64,000 nt of DNA from Phormidesmidales cyanobacterium (GCA_038260205.1 JBBSOB010000001.1:85-64084), one strand, 5' to 3'. Numbered from the stretch's first letter, positions 22,104 through 32,084 are shown. The notes: generated from the letters alone by a model not told the origin. A program made the numbers and translations.

Positions 22104-22133
22104 GCGCTGAATAAAAAGACTGAGGCAAAAGGG

Positions 22134-22469
22134 CTATACCGAAACGGCATCTACCGTAATGGTTTGAACATCTTCTAGATCTTGCTCGGATTTAGCAGGA
22201 GCCGAAACAAAACCAGAACGCTTGCGAGTGAGTTGTTCTGACATTAGCTGACCCATCTCGGTGACTAGTAGCGTAACGATTAGACCATCGTCTATCCAGC
22301 CCAGCACCGGAATCACATCAGGAGAAAAATCAAATGGGTTTACCAGATAAAACACCGTTCCTAAAATAACTAGCCAACGGTATTTGCTATGCTTGAGCGC
22401 CTTGCGGTAAAGATCGTGGAGTGCGCCTGAGAATGGCTGTTTTTTGTTCTTCTGCTGTTGTTTTTTCAT
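22134..22469 (-). CDS. YkvA/DUF1232 family membrane protein
   Basis: YLVNPFDFSPDVIPVLGWIDDG motif. Likely start is MKKQQQ at 22469. Confidence 0.9.
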   Translation of the reverse strand: MKKQQQKNKKQPFSGALHDLYRKALKHSKYRWLVILGTVFYLVNPFDFSPDVIPVLGWIDDGLIVTLLVTEMGQLMSEQLTRKRSGFVSAPAKSEQDLEDVQTITVDAVSV

Positions 22470-22730
22470 ATGGGTTGTTCCTTTCGCCAACACAACTATC
22501 ATCGCAGAGACAATAGGTGCTGTCAGGTAGTGAAATCCCATTAAACGCTGTTATAGCAAAGCTTTAACCGTATACGGTTTACCGCAAAAAAGAGTTTTTG
22601 CCTTCAAAATGAGATGTAGAGCCGAACCCGCACTCAAATTAGTAGCGGAGAGCCGAATCTTTTATACGGTAAATACGAACAGAGAACAAAACGGTTTTGA
22701 GCTGACTATTCAAAATTATGTTGCGCCGAA

Positions 22731-22794
22731 TCTCAAGACTGTAATATCTCAAGACTGTAATATCTCAAGACTGTAATATCTCAAGACTGTAATA
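22731..22794 (+). repeat. Perfect 16-bp tandem repeat x4 (TCTCAAGACTGTAATA) containing the moaB stop codon
   Basis: Four identical units. The last overlaps the final codons and TGA of the minus-strand ORF. Confidence 0.95.
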
Positions 22795-23287
22795 AATGAG
22801 TGAGATGAACCAGCTCAGGTAGTATCAGGGCATTCATGGCTAGATCTACGGCCTTGCTAGAGCCGGGTAGCGAAAATATTAGCGTTCTGGCATAGACGCC
22901 CGCTACGGCGCGTGAGGCGATCGCCCTCGACCCAATCTCTGCATAGCTGAGCTGTCTAAATATTTCGCCAAAGCCTGGAAGTTCTTTTTCCAATAGCTTC
23001 GCAACGGCATCGTAAGTCGTATCGCGGGGCGCAATGCCCGTGCCGCCGCTGAGCAATATCACCTGAATATCTGGGTGAGCTGCCAGATCCTGGAGCAAAT
23101 TATTGATCTGGTCAGGCTCATCTTTTAGAATTTGGTAGTGAGCGACCTGATGGCCCGCTGAGTTCAGCAAAGACTGCATCAGCGCGCCGCTTTTATCAGT
23201 TGCGATCGCACGCGTATCACTAACGGTGATTACCGCGCAGGTAACCACCGTCAAAGTCGAACCATCGGGATGAGGAAGCGCCGCCAT
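22781..23287 (-). CDS. moaB: Molybdenum cofactor biosynthesis protein MoaB/Mog
   Basis: VITVSDTR, GGTGIAPRDTTY, LPGFGEIFR, SRAVAG, FSLPGS. Confidence 0.92.
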   Translation of the reverse strand: MAALPHPDGSTLTVVTCAVITVSDTRAIATDKSGALMQSLLNSAGHQVAHYQILKDEPDQINNLLQDLAAHPDIQVILLSGGTGIAPRDTTYDAVAKLLEKELPGFGEIFRQLSYAEIGSRAIASRAVAGVYARTLIFSLPGSSKAVDLAMNALILPELVHLTHLLQS

Positions 23288-23317
23288 ATTAGCCGTTATC
23301 TGAGAGCTAGCCCAGCG

Positions 23318-23650
23318 TTAGTTCTTCGTTAAACCCAGACCGTTCTCGTCTGAGTAGCGCTCCATAAATCGCATAAAGCGATCCCATTCTTCCTGGCCTC
23401 TCATCACAAAAACAGCCTCGATTCCGGCAGGCTCGCCGTTTACAAACTTACCGTTCACGTCTTTGGTTACTAGCTCACCTTCTTCATCGACCATGTATAG
23501 CCCTGTGACCTCGCCGCCTTCTTCGGTCAGCGCTTTAGGTCGATCGAAGTAGAAAGTGGCAGTGCCATCAGAAAGGTCTTTGGCACGGGTGATCCGAATA
23601 TCTGGGATGACCTCTTCTTTGACGCCGGGAGAGAATTGGATTTCAGCCAT
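23318..23650 (-). CDS. psb28: Photosystem II assembly factor Psb28
   Basis: MAEIQFSPGVKEEVIPDIRITR..G.ATFYF, WDRFMRFMERYS..NGLG. Confidence 0.95.
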   Translation of the reverse strand: MAEIQFSPGVKEEVIPDIRITRAKDLSDGTATFYFDRPKALTEEGGEVTGLYMVDEEGELVTKDVNGKFVNGEPAGIEAVFVMRGQEEWDRFMRFMERYSDENGLGLTKN

Positions 23651-23752
23651 GATGAATTGTTGCACAAATCAATTGATGCTCTCAGTTTCCCATCTTATTG
23701 AGCCTTTAGTCGAGGGCTAGGCCGCAAACCTTGGGCGCATTTACCCAAAATC

Positions 23753-25924
23753 TCATGGGCGATCGCCCATTAAAACCTGATAAGGAGAGGCCACCGCAGG
23801 CACCTTGTCGGCCACCGTCAGCGACTGGTAAACCATGGCGCAAACCTCGGCGCGAGTAGCTACCCGGCTAGGTCGTAGCTCTGTGAGCATGGGATAATTG
23901 AAGACCAACCCTAGCTGAGTAGCTGAGGCGATCGCCTGCGTCGCATAGTCGGGGATGGCCGCGCGATCGCGATAGATTTCAAGCGATCGCCCATCCGGCA
24001 CAGAAACCGTCTGTAAGTTTAGACCAGCAACTAGGGCTAGCAAGGACTGTAGCTTGGTCAGCGGATAGTTGGGGTCGAAGGTCAAATCTGGAAAGCCAGA
24101 GATAAATTTGGCCCGATACGCCTGCTGAATCGCCGCTGCGCCCCAAAAATCTTCAGGCACATCTCGAAACTGAATCGCCGCCCGTTGAGGCGTTGGATCA
24201 AAAACGTTCACCAGCACCGTCGCAAACTGAGCGCGAGTAATGGGCGCATCGGGTCTAAACGTGCCGTCGCGAAACCCGCTGAGCCATCCCGCTTTGACCA
24301 CCGGATCGATATAGCCTCTGGCCCAATGCTGAGCGGGCAGATCGGTAAAGCTAGGCAAGGTTTTTTGCGCGCGCAAAATGAATGGTGAGGCGATCGCCCC
24401 AGCCGTCTTAATGGCAACCATGGCCTGATAAATTAACGCCGTGGTTTCGGCCCGGCTAATCGGTGAGAGCGGCTTAAGCTGAGACGGATTGGGATAGCCC
24501 ACAATCATTTCGCGGTTCGTAGCAGCGGCAACGGCGTTGATGGCATAGCTAGGAACTTGAGCGCGATCGCGATAAACCAGCAGCGCCTCCGAGCGTCCAG
24601 CCCCCAAGCCTGAGTCTAAGCCCAATCCAGTGACTAGCGACACAATCGCCTGCACCTTAGTCAGTGGCGCATTAGGCCGAAAGCTCCCGTCTGGAAAGCC
24701 GGACAAAAACCCCTGAGTTTGAGCCTGACGAATTGCCCTTGCTCCCCAAAAATCGGCTGAGACATCTGAAAACCGGAGCATCGGCTGCGTCTTCGCAACC
24801 TGAGGAAAAGCCGCCGTTATCAGAGCCGCAAACTCAGCGCGAGTCACCTGGTTATCCGGCTGAAACGTCCCGTTAAGAAAGCCCTTAACCAAATTTTTCT
24901 CAGCGAGCGCCTCGACAAAAGGCGCAGACCAATGACCCACCAAATCATCGAACCGACTGTCTAAGTTCACCTCATCTAGCGGATCTGATTTATCCGGCAA
25001 AGGTTCTGGTGGCAAGGGCTGTGGCTCCACATTGCCCAACAAAACAGCAGGCACCGCGACTGCATCGGGAATTTCGCTAGGCAAATACGCCACTGAGCCT
25101 TTGACGCGCACCGGATTGATTCGGTTGCCTGCTGTCGACAGCGGCAGCGGCGTATCGTTACGGACATCGTAGGTTTTGCCCTCGAACCAGTTGTAGCCCA
25201 AGTCCTGCGGCTGGCCAATATCTGGCTGAGCGCGGTCTTGAATCCACAGGGCGCTTTCCTGGCTGCGAGTGGCGGTGTTTTTACGCAGCACCGGCTTGGC
25301 GTCATTTCTAATAGCAAGGGCGCAGCGATTGTCCACGAGCTGATTATCAATTATCAGCGGCGCAGCTCTATCGCCTAGGGTCATGCCGTCGCCCGTTCGC
25401 TCGAAGCGGTTTTGGCGAATCTCGCCTTTGGCACCCCCAGAGATAGACAGCCCCGTAGCCCCGTTGTCCATAAACTCGTTTTTAGACACAAACGGATGCG
25501 CCGTACCGGTAATGACCATCCCCGACTGCTGGCAGGATACCAGTCGATTACCGATAATTAGCGCCGCACCGGCTGAGACTAAAATGCCGCTGCCTTGAGG
25601 ATTGGTGATGGTGATGCCACGAATTTGAGCGCGATCGCCCAAAACAATCGACACAGTCCTCGCCCCCAACAGCCCACCGCCCCTAACAATCGCCGTCCGA
25701 CTATCATCGCTCGCAAGCGTCACCCCATCGGGAATTTGCAAAGGAAACTGCTCGCCCGATTGGCCCGGTTGGCCCACTTGATCCGATTGATAAAGCCCAG
25801 CAGCTAGCTGAACGACCCCACCTCGCCCCACCTGTCGCAGCGCCTGGGCAATTGTTTTAACCGGAAAATCAACCGAGCCTTCATTGCTGTCTTTACCAAT
25901 GGGGCTAACATATAAAACAGACAT
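23753..25924 (-). CDS. DUF1565 (right-handed beta-helix) protein with multiple S-layer homology domains
   Basis: N-terminal LYVSP..G.D...GS...PVKTIAQAL..GE.FP, beta-helix repeats, then SLH repeats (GFLNGTFQPDNQVTRAEF, GFPDGSFRPNAPLTK, GFRDGTFRPDAPITRAQF). Likely start is MSVLYV. Confidence 0.85.
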   Translation of the reverse strand: MSVLYVSPIGKDSNEGSVDFPVKTIAQALRQVGRGGVVQLAAGLYQSDQVGQPGQSGEQFPLQIPDGVTLASDDSRTAIVRGGGLLGARTVSIVLGDRAQIRGITITNPQGSGILVSAGAALIIGNRLVSCQQSGMVITGTAHPFVSKNEFMDNGATGLSISGGAKGEIRQNRFERTGDGMTLGDRAAPLIIDNQLVDNRCALAIRNDAKPVLRKNTATRSQESALWIQDRAQPDIGQPQDLGYNWFEGKTYDVRNDTPLPLSTAGNRINPVRVKGSVAYLPSEIPDAVAVPAVLLGNVEPQPLPPEPLPDKSDPLDEVNLDSRFDDLVGHWSAPFVEALAEKNLVKGFLNGTFQPDNQVTRAEFAALITAAFPQVAKTQPMLRFSDVSADFWGARAIRQAQTQGFLSGFPDGSFRPNAPLTKVQAIVSLVTGLGLDSGLGAGRSEALLVYRDRAQVPSYAINAVAAATNREMIVGYPNPSQLKPLSPISRAETTALIYQAMVAIKTAGAIASPFILRAQKTLPSFTDLPAQHWARGYIDPVVKAGWLSGFRDGTFRPDAPITRAQFATVLVNVFDPTPQRAAIQFRDVPEDFWGAAAIQQAYRAKFISGFPDLTFDPNYPLTKLQSLLALVAGLNLQTVSVPDGRSLEIYRDRAAIPDYATQAIASATQLGLVFNYPMLTELRPSRVATRAEVCAMVYQSLTVADKVPAVASPYQVLMGDRP

Positions 25925-26074
25925 AGCGCGTGTTGTGCAAAAAAGGTAGAAGCCCGCAGCCAAAAGACTAAAGATCAGCGAGTTAAACTCATTAAACTAA
26001 CGGCAAGGCGCTAGCATCATATCAGCCCTCTAGATGTAGAGTTTAGTAGATAGGCGATAAACCGTAACGCGCAC

Positions 26075-26150
26075 CACTCACGCAGCAACACTCACACGGC
26101 AACACTCACGCAGCAACACTCACACGGCAACACTCACACGGCAACACTCA
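26075..26150 (+). repeat. 14-bp tandem repeat, 5 full copies plus a partial (CACTCACRCRGCAA)
   Basis: Alternating CACTCACGCAGCAA and CACTCACACGGCAA immediately before the SRPBCC start codon. Confidence 0.92.
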
Positions 26151-26163
26151 CAGAACAGCACTT

Positions 26164-26619
26164 ATGGCAGATTGGCTAGAGCATAGCGTCCATGTTGATC
26201 TAGACGTTGCGATTGAAAACGTTTGGCAGCTCTGGTCTGACCTGGAGCAAATGCCCAAATGGATGAAGTGGATCAGCTCAGTAAAAATGTCGCCAGATAA
26301 TCCTCAGCTATCGGAATGGAAGCTAGAAACAGGGGGACTGTCTTTCGCTTGGAAATCGCGCATTGTCAAGAAAATTCCGCTGCAAATTATTCAGTGGGAG
26401 TCGGTCGATGGGCTACCCAACAAAGGAGCCATTCGATTTTACGGGCGCAAAGACGGCAGCAGCACCGTTAAGATGACCGTGGCCTACGCGCTACCGGCAA
26501 TTTTAGCCAAGCTGATGATGAGCAGTTCTTTGGTAGATCGAGTTGTGACCTCAACGCTACAGGCAGATCTAGATCGCTTTCGCGATTATGCAGTGGCGAA
26601 ATATCCTAAGCAGAGTTAA
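26164..26619 (+). CDS. SRPBCC / polyketide cyclase family protein
   Basis: MADWLEHSVHV..WQLWSDLEQMPKWM..WESVDGLPNKGAIRFY, the cyanobacterial SRPBCC pattern. Confidence 0.9.
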   Translation: MADWLEHSVHVDLDVAIENVWQLWSDLEQMPKWMKWISSVKMSPDNPQLSEWKLETGGLSFAWKSRIVKKIPLQIIQWESVDGLPNKGAIRFYGRKDGSSTVKMTVAYALPAILAKLMMSSSLVDRVVTSTLQADLDRFRDYAVAKYPKQS

Positions 26620-26635
26620 CAAAAGGGCGAAACGC

Positions 26636-29224
26636 ATGACCCTATCGCCATACGCCAACGCACAGTCGGGGTTTAGGGCAAAACCCGATCCGGCTGAAGC
26701 TGCTTTGAGAGAGCACAACCTAGCCGCTCTTTTTATCCAGCATCTAGGATGGGAATTGCCGTCTCAAAATGACATCAGGCGAACACCGCCGCCCAAGGCG
26801 CAAGCGCAGTGTGTTCCGATTGCCCGTAGAGGAGACACTGTCGTCTGGCAAGTTCAGCTTGCTGCTAACACAGACTTCACGTCGGCACTCAAAGAGCAGC
26901 TCTACGACGAGATTGCAGGGATCTCTGATCTAGAATTTGCACGGCCTCTCGTAATCTTTGTAGACGCTAGAAACAGCCGCAGTCTCTGGTGTCAGGCAAC
27001 GCATCGACAAGGCTCGATTGAGAGCGCTCTGTACGTTTCGGAGCAGCCAATTGTTCTTTGGAAATTTCGGCTGGAGCGGCTGCAAAAAGAGAATGCTCAA
27101 AGAAAATATCAAAAAAGAACTCAGAACGAGTCTCACCGAGAATCCCAAAGAGAATCCTATAAAGCCTCTGTGCTTTTTCGTTCCGATGGCTCAGGGGCCT
27201 ATTTGCCTTTTCAGGTGCTGCTAGACGATCTGTGTGAAGGAATTACTGGCATTGGCAACATTACTGACTGCCAAAATTATGCGGTTTTGACGTTGCAAAG
27301 ACTGATACTTATTCAGGTGATACAGAAAAAGGGCTGGGTAGATGACGATACATGGTATCTCCAAACTCAGTTTGAAGCAGCGCTACAGTCGCAGCAAAGC
27401 TTCTTCTCAACGCGGTTGCAGCCGCTTTACCGGTGTTTAGCCCTCCCCAAAGTGGAGCGCCCCGTAGCTCTGAATCAGCAGGTCGGAGCTGTGCCTTTTT
27501 TAGGGCATTTTTTTCATACCCACCGGCTAGAGCAAAAGTACGCAAACATCAGCATCGACAATCAACCTTTTGAACAGATTCTGGGCTGGCTGATCGAACA
27601 AACCAGCGCAGATGGACTAAACCTTTGGAGCAGCGGAGCGCTCAGTCATTGTTTAGAGGCGTATTTAGCGAGTCAGTATCTCTCTGAGGAGACGGCAGCA
27701 GAGGCGCTACTGAGTTCTCCAGGGTTAGCAAACTGGATTAGCGATCGCACGCTTAGCCAGCTCGTCATCACCCGAACAAAGGCCATCAGCGATCAAAATC
27801 ATCCAACAGATATTAACGATTTACTCTTTAACGCAGATGCCAAAACCTGTCGCTGTTTAATCCAAGACGTATTACCCAACCTGCGCATTCTCGATCCGGC
27901 CTGCGGCAGCGGTAGTTTACTCGTAGGCCTCTATCAACGGCTCACCGAAATATTCAGCAATCTAATTGGATACAGTCAGCAAAACCAGGATGTGCAGCTC
28001 AAAATCTGGCAGGCGGGACTCGTAGAAGATAGCGATGACAGCCAGAGTCAATTCGCTCAGGCAAATCCCTTGCAGACTGTCCAAAAGCGCATTCTAAAAA
28101 ACATTCTCTATGGCGTCGATATTTCTATGCAGGCCGTGGAATCTACAACATTCCAGCTATTAATGCATACCGTGGCGATCGCGCAGCAGCCCAAAGATAT
28201 TGAACCCTTGGCCGATCTGGCCTTCAATATCCTGGTGGGTAATAGCCTGATTGGCCTAATTGACGTTGACCCAGAGAGATTTGAAAAGGTTTCCCAGGTG
28301 GGCGATCGCCAAGTGCTACAGGGCAGCCTGCTACAGCCTTTAGTGGCCGATAGCTATCAGACGATTTTGGCCGAGAAAAATTTGGCCGTAGAACATTACA
28401 AATCTCGCAATCAGATGCTAGCAGAAGCCAACAACGTTCCGGACTATGCCAGAGCCGCTTTGCTTAAAGAAGATATTTTGCGATTGGATATCAACGCCCA
28501 GCAAAAGTTAGACCAGCTATTGCTCAATCAAATGAGTCATCAGCTGGGCATTCAGTATAAGGTAGCGCAGCTAACCGAGAAACCGCAGCGCCGCCCGCTA
28601 ACGCCAGAAGATATTGATATTTTGCAGCCTTTTCACTGGGGCTACCACTTTAATAAGATTCTTGAAAGGGGCGGGTTTGACAGTGTTGTTTGCAGACCGC
28701 CGCAGGGCGACTTTAAACCAACTGCAACAGAATTTTTACAAAAGTTTCGAGATTTAGCGGCGATCAAAGGGATGAGTGTGCGATCGCTCAAAACCTCAAA
28801 ACAAGCCCTCGCCAAAGGCGATCCAGAAATTGCCGGAGCCTGGCTATTTTACCAAGATCAGTACGCCTACGTGGCTGACTACTTCTATCGCAGCGAGCAA
28901 TACAGGCATCAGAACCCAACGGTGGAAGGAAAAACAGTTAGAAACCGGCTGACAAGAGAAAGGTTATTTGTAGAACAATGTTCTAACCTGTTGGCACCCG
29001 GCGGAATTGGCGCAGTCGTCTCGGCCCAAAAATTTTCGCAACAGCAGAAAGCACAGTCCGTTTATAATTTTTTAAGCGAGCAAGCGATTGTTAAAGAGGC
29101 GGTAGTCAGAGGAGCGGTAGTCAGAGAATTTGTGCCAGGCGCTTCAGAAAAAACAGCCATCGTGACGATATGGCAGAAGAAGGCTGAACCACCCAAAGAG
29201 AATAGCTCTAAAAGAACGCAATGA
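26636..29224 (+). CDS. Eco57I/Type IIG-like N6-adenine DNA methyltransferase homologue with degenerate catalytic motif IV
   Basis: SAM-binding motif I ILDPACGSGSLL, YGVDI, NILVGNSLIG, PFHW..F, motif IV GFDSVVCRPPQ (canonical FDxVIGNPPY), LFVEQCSNLLAPGG. The ORF ends soon afterwards. Likely start is ATG at 26636. Confidence 0.8.
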   Translation: MTLSPYANAQSGFRAKPDPAEAALREHNLAALFIQHLGWELPSQNDIRRTPPPKAQAQCVPIARRGDTVVWQVQLAANTDFTSALKEQLYDEIAGISDLEFARPLVIFVDARNSRSLWCQATHRQGSIESALYVSEQPIVLWKFRLERLQKENAQRKYQKRTQNESHRESQRESYKASVLFRSDGSGAYLPFQVLLDDLCEGITGIGNITDCQNYAVLTLQRLILIQVIQKKGWVDDDTWYLQTQFEAALQSQQSFFSTRLQPLYRCLALPKVERPVALNQQVGAVPFLGHFFHTHRLEQKYANISIDNQPFEQILGWLIEQTSADGLNLWSSGALSHCLEAYLASQYLSEETAAEALLSSPGLANWISDRTLSQLVITRTKAISDQNHPTDINDLLFNADAKTCRCLIQDVLPNLRILDPACGSGSLLVGLYQRLTEIFSNLIGYSQQNQDVQLKIWQAGLVEDSDDSQSQFAQANPLQTVQKRILKNILYGVDISMQAVESTTFQLLMHTVAIAQQPKDIEPLADLAFNILVGNSLIGLIDVDPERFEKVSQVGDRQVLQGSLLQPLVADSYQTILAEKNLAVEHYKSRNQMLAEANNVPDYARAALLKEDILRLDINAQQKLDQLLLNQMSHQLGIQYKVAQLTEKPQRRPLTPEDIDILQPFHWGYHFNKILERGGFDSVVCRPPQGDFKPTATEFLQKFRDLAAIKGMSVRSLKTSKQALAKGDPEIAGAWLFYQDQYAYVADYFYRSEQYRHQNPTVEGKTVRNRLTRERLFVEQCSNLLAPGGIGAVVSAQKFSQQQKAQSVYNFLSEQAIVKEAVVRGAVVREFVPGASEKTAIVTIWQKKAEPPKENSSKRTQ

Positions 29225-29825
29225 GCCGATCTACTTGAAAGAACAACGCTTCTTTACTCTGAGTGTTATCTAATACATAATCTGCTCTTTTGCATTTTTC
29301 GTCCAAACTCATCTGGGCCTCTATTCGAGCCTGGGCCTGACTCTTTGTCAGCTGATTTCGATGCATTAGCCGAGCGAGTTGCTGCGCTGAAGAACAAACA
29401 ACCACCCAGGTTTCGCTAACTAGATGGGTTAGGTTGGCCTCAAAGAGCAGTGGAATAGAATATATCAAAGTCTGATGGGCGGGCAGCGCGTTTGTTTCCG
29501 CGCTGAATCTGGCGCGAACATAGGGGTGAATTTGTTGTTCTACCCACTGTCGTTCGTCTAGCTGGCTAAAGATAATTTTGCCGAGATAGGCCCGATTGAG
29601 GCTACCGTCTAGCAGCAAACTGTCGGGGCCGTAGCGATCGCGCACCCGCTCCAAAATCTCACTGCCTTTAGCTACCGCCTCTCTTGAAAACACATCAGCA
29701 TCTAGCACCGGCAGCTCGTATCGACGAGCCAAATAGTCCGAAACCGTACTTTTTCCTGTTGCAATCCCCCCCGTCAGACCAATAATTCGTCTAGAAACAG
29801 CCTCATCTTTTACGACTTTGCCCAT
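29208..29825 (-). CDS. coaE: Dephospho-CoA kinase
   Basis: IIGLTGGIATGKSTV, LDAD, LNRAYLGKIIF, IHPYVR, PLLFE. Confidence 0.95.
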   Translation of the reverse strand: MGKVVKDEAVSRRIIGLTGGIATGKSTVSDYLARRYELPVLDADVFSREAVAKGSEILERVRDRYGPDSLLLDGSLNRAYLGKIIFSQLDERQWVEQQIHPYVRARFSAETNALPAHQTLIYSIPLLFEANLTHLVSETWVVVCSSAQQLARLMHRNQLTKSQAQARIEAQMSLDEKCKRADYVLDNTQSKEALFFQVDRLIAFF

Positions 29826-31348
29826 GTCTCCAACTCCGCTATCAGCCCAGGCAGCGTATATTCTTCGGCTTCAACAGTTACCTTTTTCAACAGTTCGTGG
29901 CAGTCTCGCGAAGTCTGCGGGCCAATAGAAGCCACGGCCACAGTCTCTAGTTTATCTAGCCACTGAGGGCCAAACGTTTCTGCCATCAGCTGGGCAAAAT
30001 GTCGCACTGTTTTGGAACTGCTAAAAGTAACCACATCTATGGCCCCGTTTTCTATCGCGGCCTTGGCAGCAGGCGGAATACTCTTTGGGCAGGCAGAGTC
30101 ATAGGCAGCGACTTCTGTAACCGCCGCTCCTCTTGCGGTCATCTTTTTAACCAAAACCTCTCGTCCGCCCTTTTCAACCCGAGGAAACAACAGCTTTAGC
30201 CCTCTGGGATCTTCAGGGAAATGCTCGATCAAAGAATCTGCAATAAAAGCAGGCGGCGTAAAATCGGCAACGAGTCCGCGCTGATTTAAAAAACTGTCGG
30301 TTTTTTGTCCGACTACGGCAATTTTGAGTGAGGCTAGGGCGCGAAAGTCTTTTCCCTGCTGCAACAGCCGGTCTAAAAAGAAGTTGACGCCGTTAGCTGA
30401 TGTCAAAATTAGCCAGTCGAACTGCTCGATCTGAGCGATCGCGCTATCTACCCCATCCCAGTTCATCGGCTCACGAATCTCCAAAGCCGGTAAATCAATT
30501 GCGATCGCGCCCTTAGCTTGTAGCATCTGGCTAAACTCACTGGCCTGACCCATCGATCGAGTCACCAGTACCGTTTTTCCTGTTAGGGGCAATGGCGCAG
30601 CAGCAGGCGCAGACAAATACACCCTTAGCCCTACCACTTCGCCAATGACAATAATGCAGGGAGAAAGCTTTTGGCCGCTGACGATTTGGGCAATGCTGAG
30701 CAAAGTTCCTTGCCAAACCTGCTGGCGGGGCTGACCGGCCCAACGAATGATGGCAATGGGCGTCTCGGGTCTTTTGCCGTGGGCAATGAGGCGATCGCAC
30801 AACGCCCTAAGCTGGCGTCCACCCATAAGAAAAACGAGGGTTTGTAGACGGGCGATCGCCTCCCAATCCAAAGCCGTCAAATCATGCGCTGTAAACACGC
30901 CAAACCCGTTGCTTAACACCGGATCGGTCAACGGAATACCGGCCATTAAAGGAGCAACCAGCGCGGAGGAAAGGCCCGGAACAACCGCGAAATCGCAGTT
31001 TGCAATCTGCAATGCCTGAATTTCCGCCGCCGCCCGACCAAACACAAACGGATCGCCGCTCTTAAGTCGCACCACCTGCTTACCAGACAAACAAAGCTCA
31101 ACCAATAGCCGATTGATTTCTGATTGAGGCGTACTGGGTTGACCGCCCCGCTTGCCGACATACCGCAGCTCACAAGTCGTCGAAACCTGCTGCAATAGCG
31201 CATCGTCTACCAATGAGTCATAAACCAAAGCATCCGCTCGGCTGAGCAACCTTTGGCCCTGCAAGGTTAAATAATCCGTTGCACCTGGCCCCGCACCTAG
31301 CAGGTGGACTTTGCCCTTAGTTGAATCTGCGATCGCGCGGTTACTCAT
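29810..31348 (-). CDS. cobA: Uroporphyrinogen-III C-methyltransferase / uroporphyrinogen-III synthase fusion (CobA-HemD)
   Basis: LLGAGPG, RLKSGDPFVFGR, VVPGLSS, followed by the HemD part VLVTRS, WLILTSANGV, FSSSKTV, SIGPQTS. Confidence 0.95.
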   Translation of the reverse strand: MSNRAIADSTKGKVHLLGAGPGATDYLTLQGQRLLSRADALVYDSLVDDALLQQVSTTCELRYVGKRGGQPSTPQSEINRLLVELCLSGKQVVRLKSGDPFVFGRAAAEIQALQIANCDFAVVPGLSSALVAPLMAGIPLTDPVLSNGFGVFTAHDLTALDWEAIARLQTLVFLMGGRQLRALCDRLIAHGKRPETPIAIIRWAGQPRQQVWQGTLLSIAQIVSGQKLSPCIIVIGEVVGLRVYLSAPAAAPLPLTGKTVLVTRSMGQASEFSQMLQAKGAIAIDLPALEIREPMNWDGVDSAIAQIEQFDWLILTSANGVNFFLDRLLQQGKDFRALASLKIAVVGQKTDSFLNQRGLVADFTPPAFIADSLIEHFPEDPRGLKLLFPRVEKGGREVLVKKMTARGAAVTEVAAYDSACPKSIPPAAKAAIENGAIDVVTFSSSKTVRHFAQLMAETFGPQWLDKLETVAVASIGPQTSRDCHELLKKVTVEAEEYTLPGLIAELETWAKS

Positions 31349-31649
31349 GCTACTTCCAAACTCTCGCTTTTATTTTGAGACAAAAACGGACATCTAAAGA
31401 ATTATTTCAGAAAACCGCCGTCCGACCAAAAATATCTAAAGAAAAGCAAAATTCTTCCGGATATAAATTTTCTAGTTATTATCCCTGCCTCAAGAAGGTA
31501 GACAAAAACAAAAATAGAGTGCTTACGCGCAAGCAAGCCAAACCCACATCTGACAACATCATGGGTGTGAACAATGCATGAATACAACAGATCCATCTGC
31601 CTAACGCATACAAGACCCACTATTCAAATACTTCAAAGAAGAAATAATC

Positions 31650-32084
31650 ATGAACAAGAAAATGTTTTTGACCGCAGCAGCAGTAATCGCAGGTGCTTTT
31701 GCATTTGCGCCTACAGCGATCGCTCAAGCCATTATTACTTCACCAGCAGGAGGCACAATTCTAAATGAAAAGGCATCAAGAAATGGGCCAGAAAATGCCG
31801 CCGCCGCCATCTACGTCACTTACCAAATGGGAACTCAAATGGTTTCTACCCTCTCAGCGGCTTCTGCCTTCGGTGAAGCGGGTGCCGCAACGAGTGCAGA
31901 TAGCAACGGTGCGCGCTCCGTCAGTTCATCTGGAGAGGCTGGCAGCATCCTAGCCATTGGACAAAATCGCCAATCCCCCTTCCCTCAAGGCTCATACGTC
32001 AACTTTGGGACTTCTGATATACGCCTTGACGAGGGTGGCTTTAGGGCTGAAGATTCGAACAGAATGCCGGTTTTCCCCTGGTAA
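31650..32084 (+). CDS. Small secreted Ala/Ser/Gly-rich hypothetical protein
   Basis: Classical signal peptide MNKKMFLTAAAVIAGAFAFAPTAIA-Q, 144 aa. Confidence 0.8.
   Translation: MNKKMFLTAAAVIAGAFAFAPTAIAQAIITSPAGGTILNEKASRNGPENAAAAIYVTYQMGTQMVSTLSAASAFGEAGAATSADSNGARSVSSSGEAGSILAIGQNRQSPFPQGSYVNFGTSDIRLDEGGFRAEDSNRMPVFPW

Noticed and set aside
21732-22178. 148-aa plus-strand ORF with KKLSE/KRLNE repeats
   Set aside because: It is antisense to a better-supported gene, and its repeats are just the translation of the intergenic 15-bp array.
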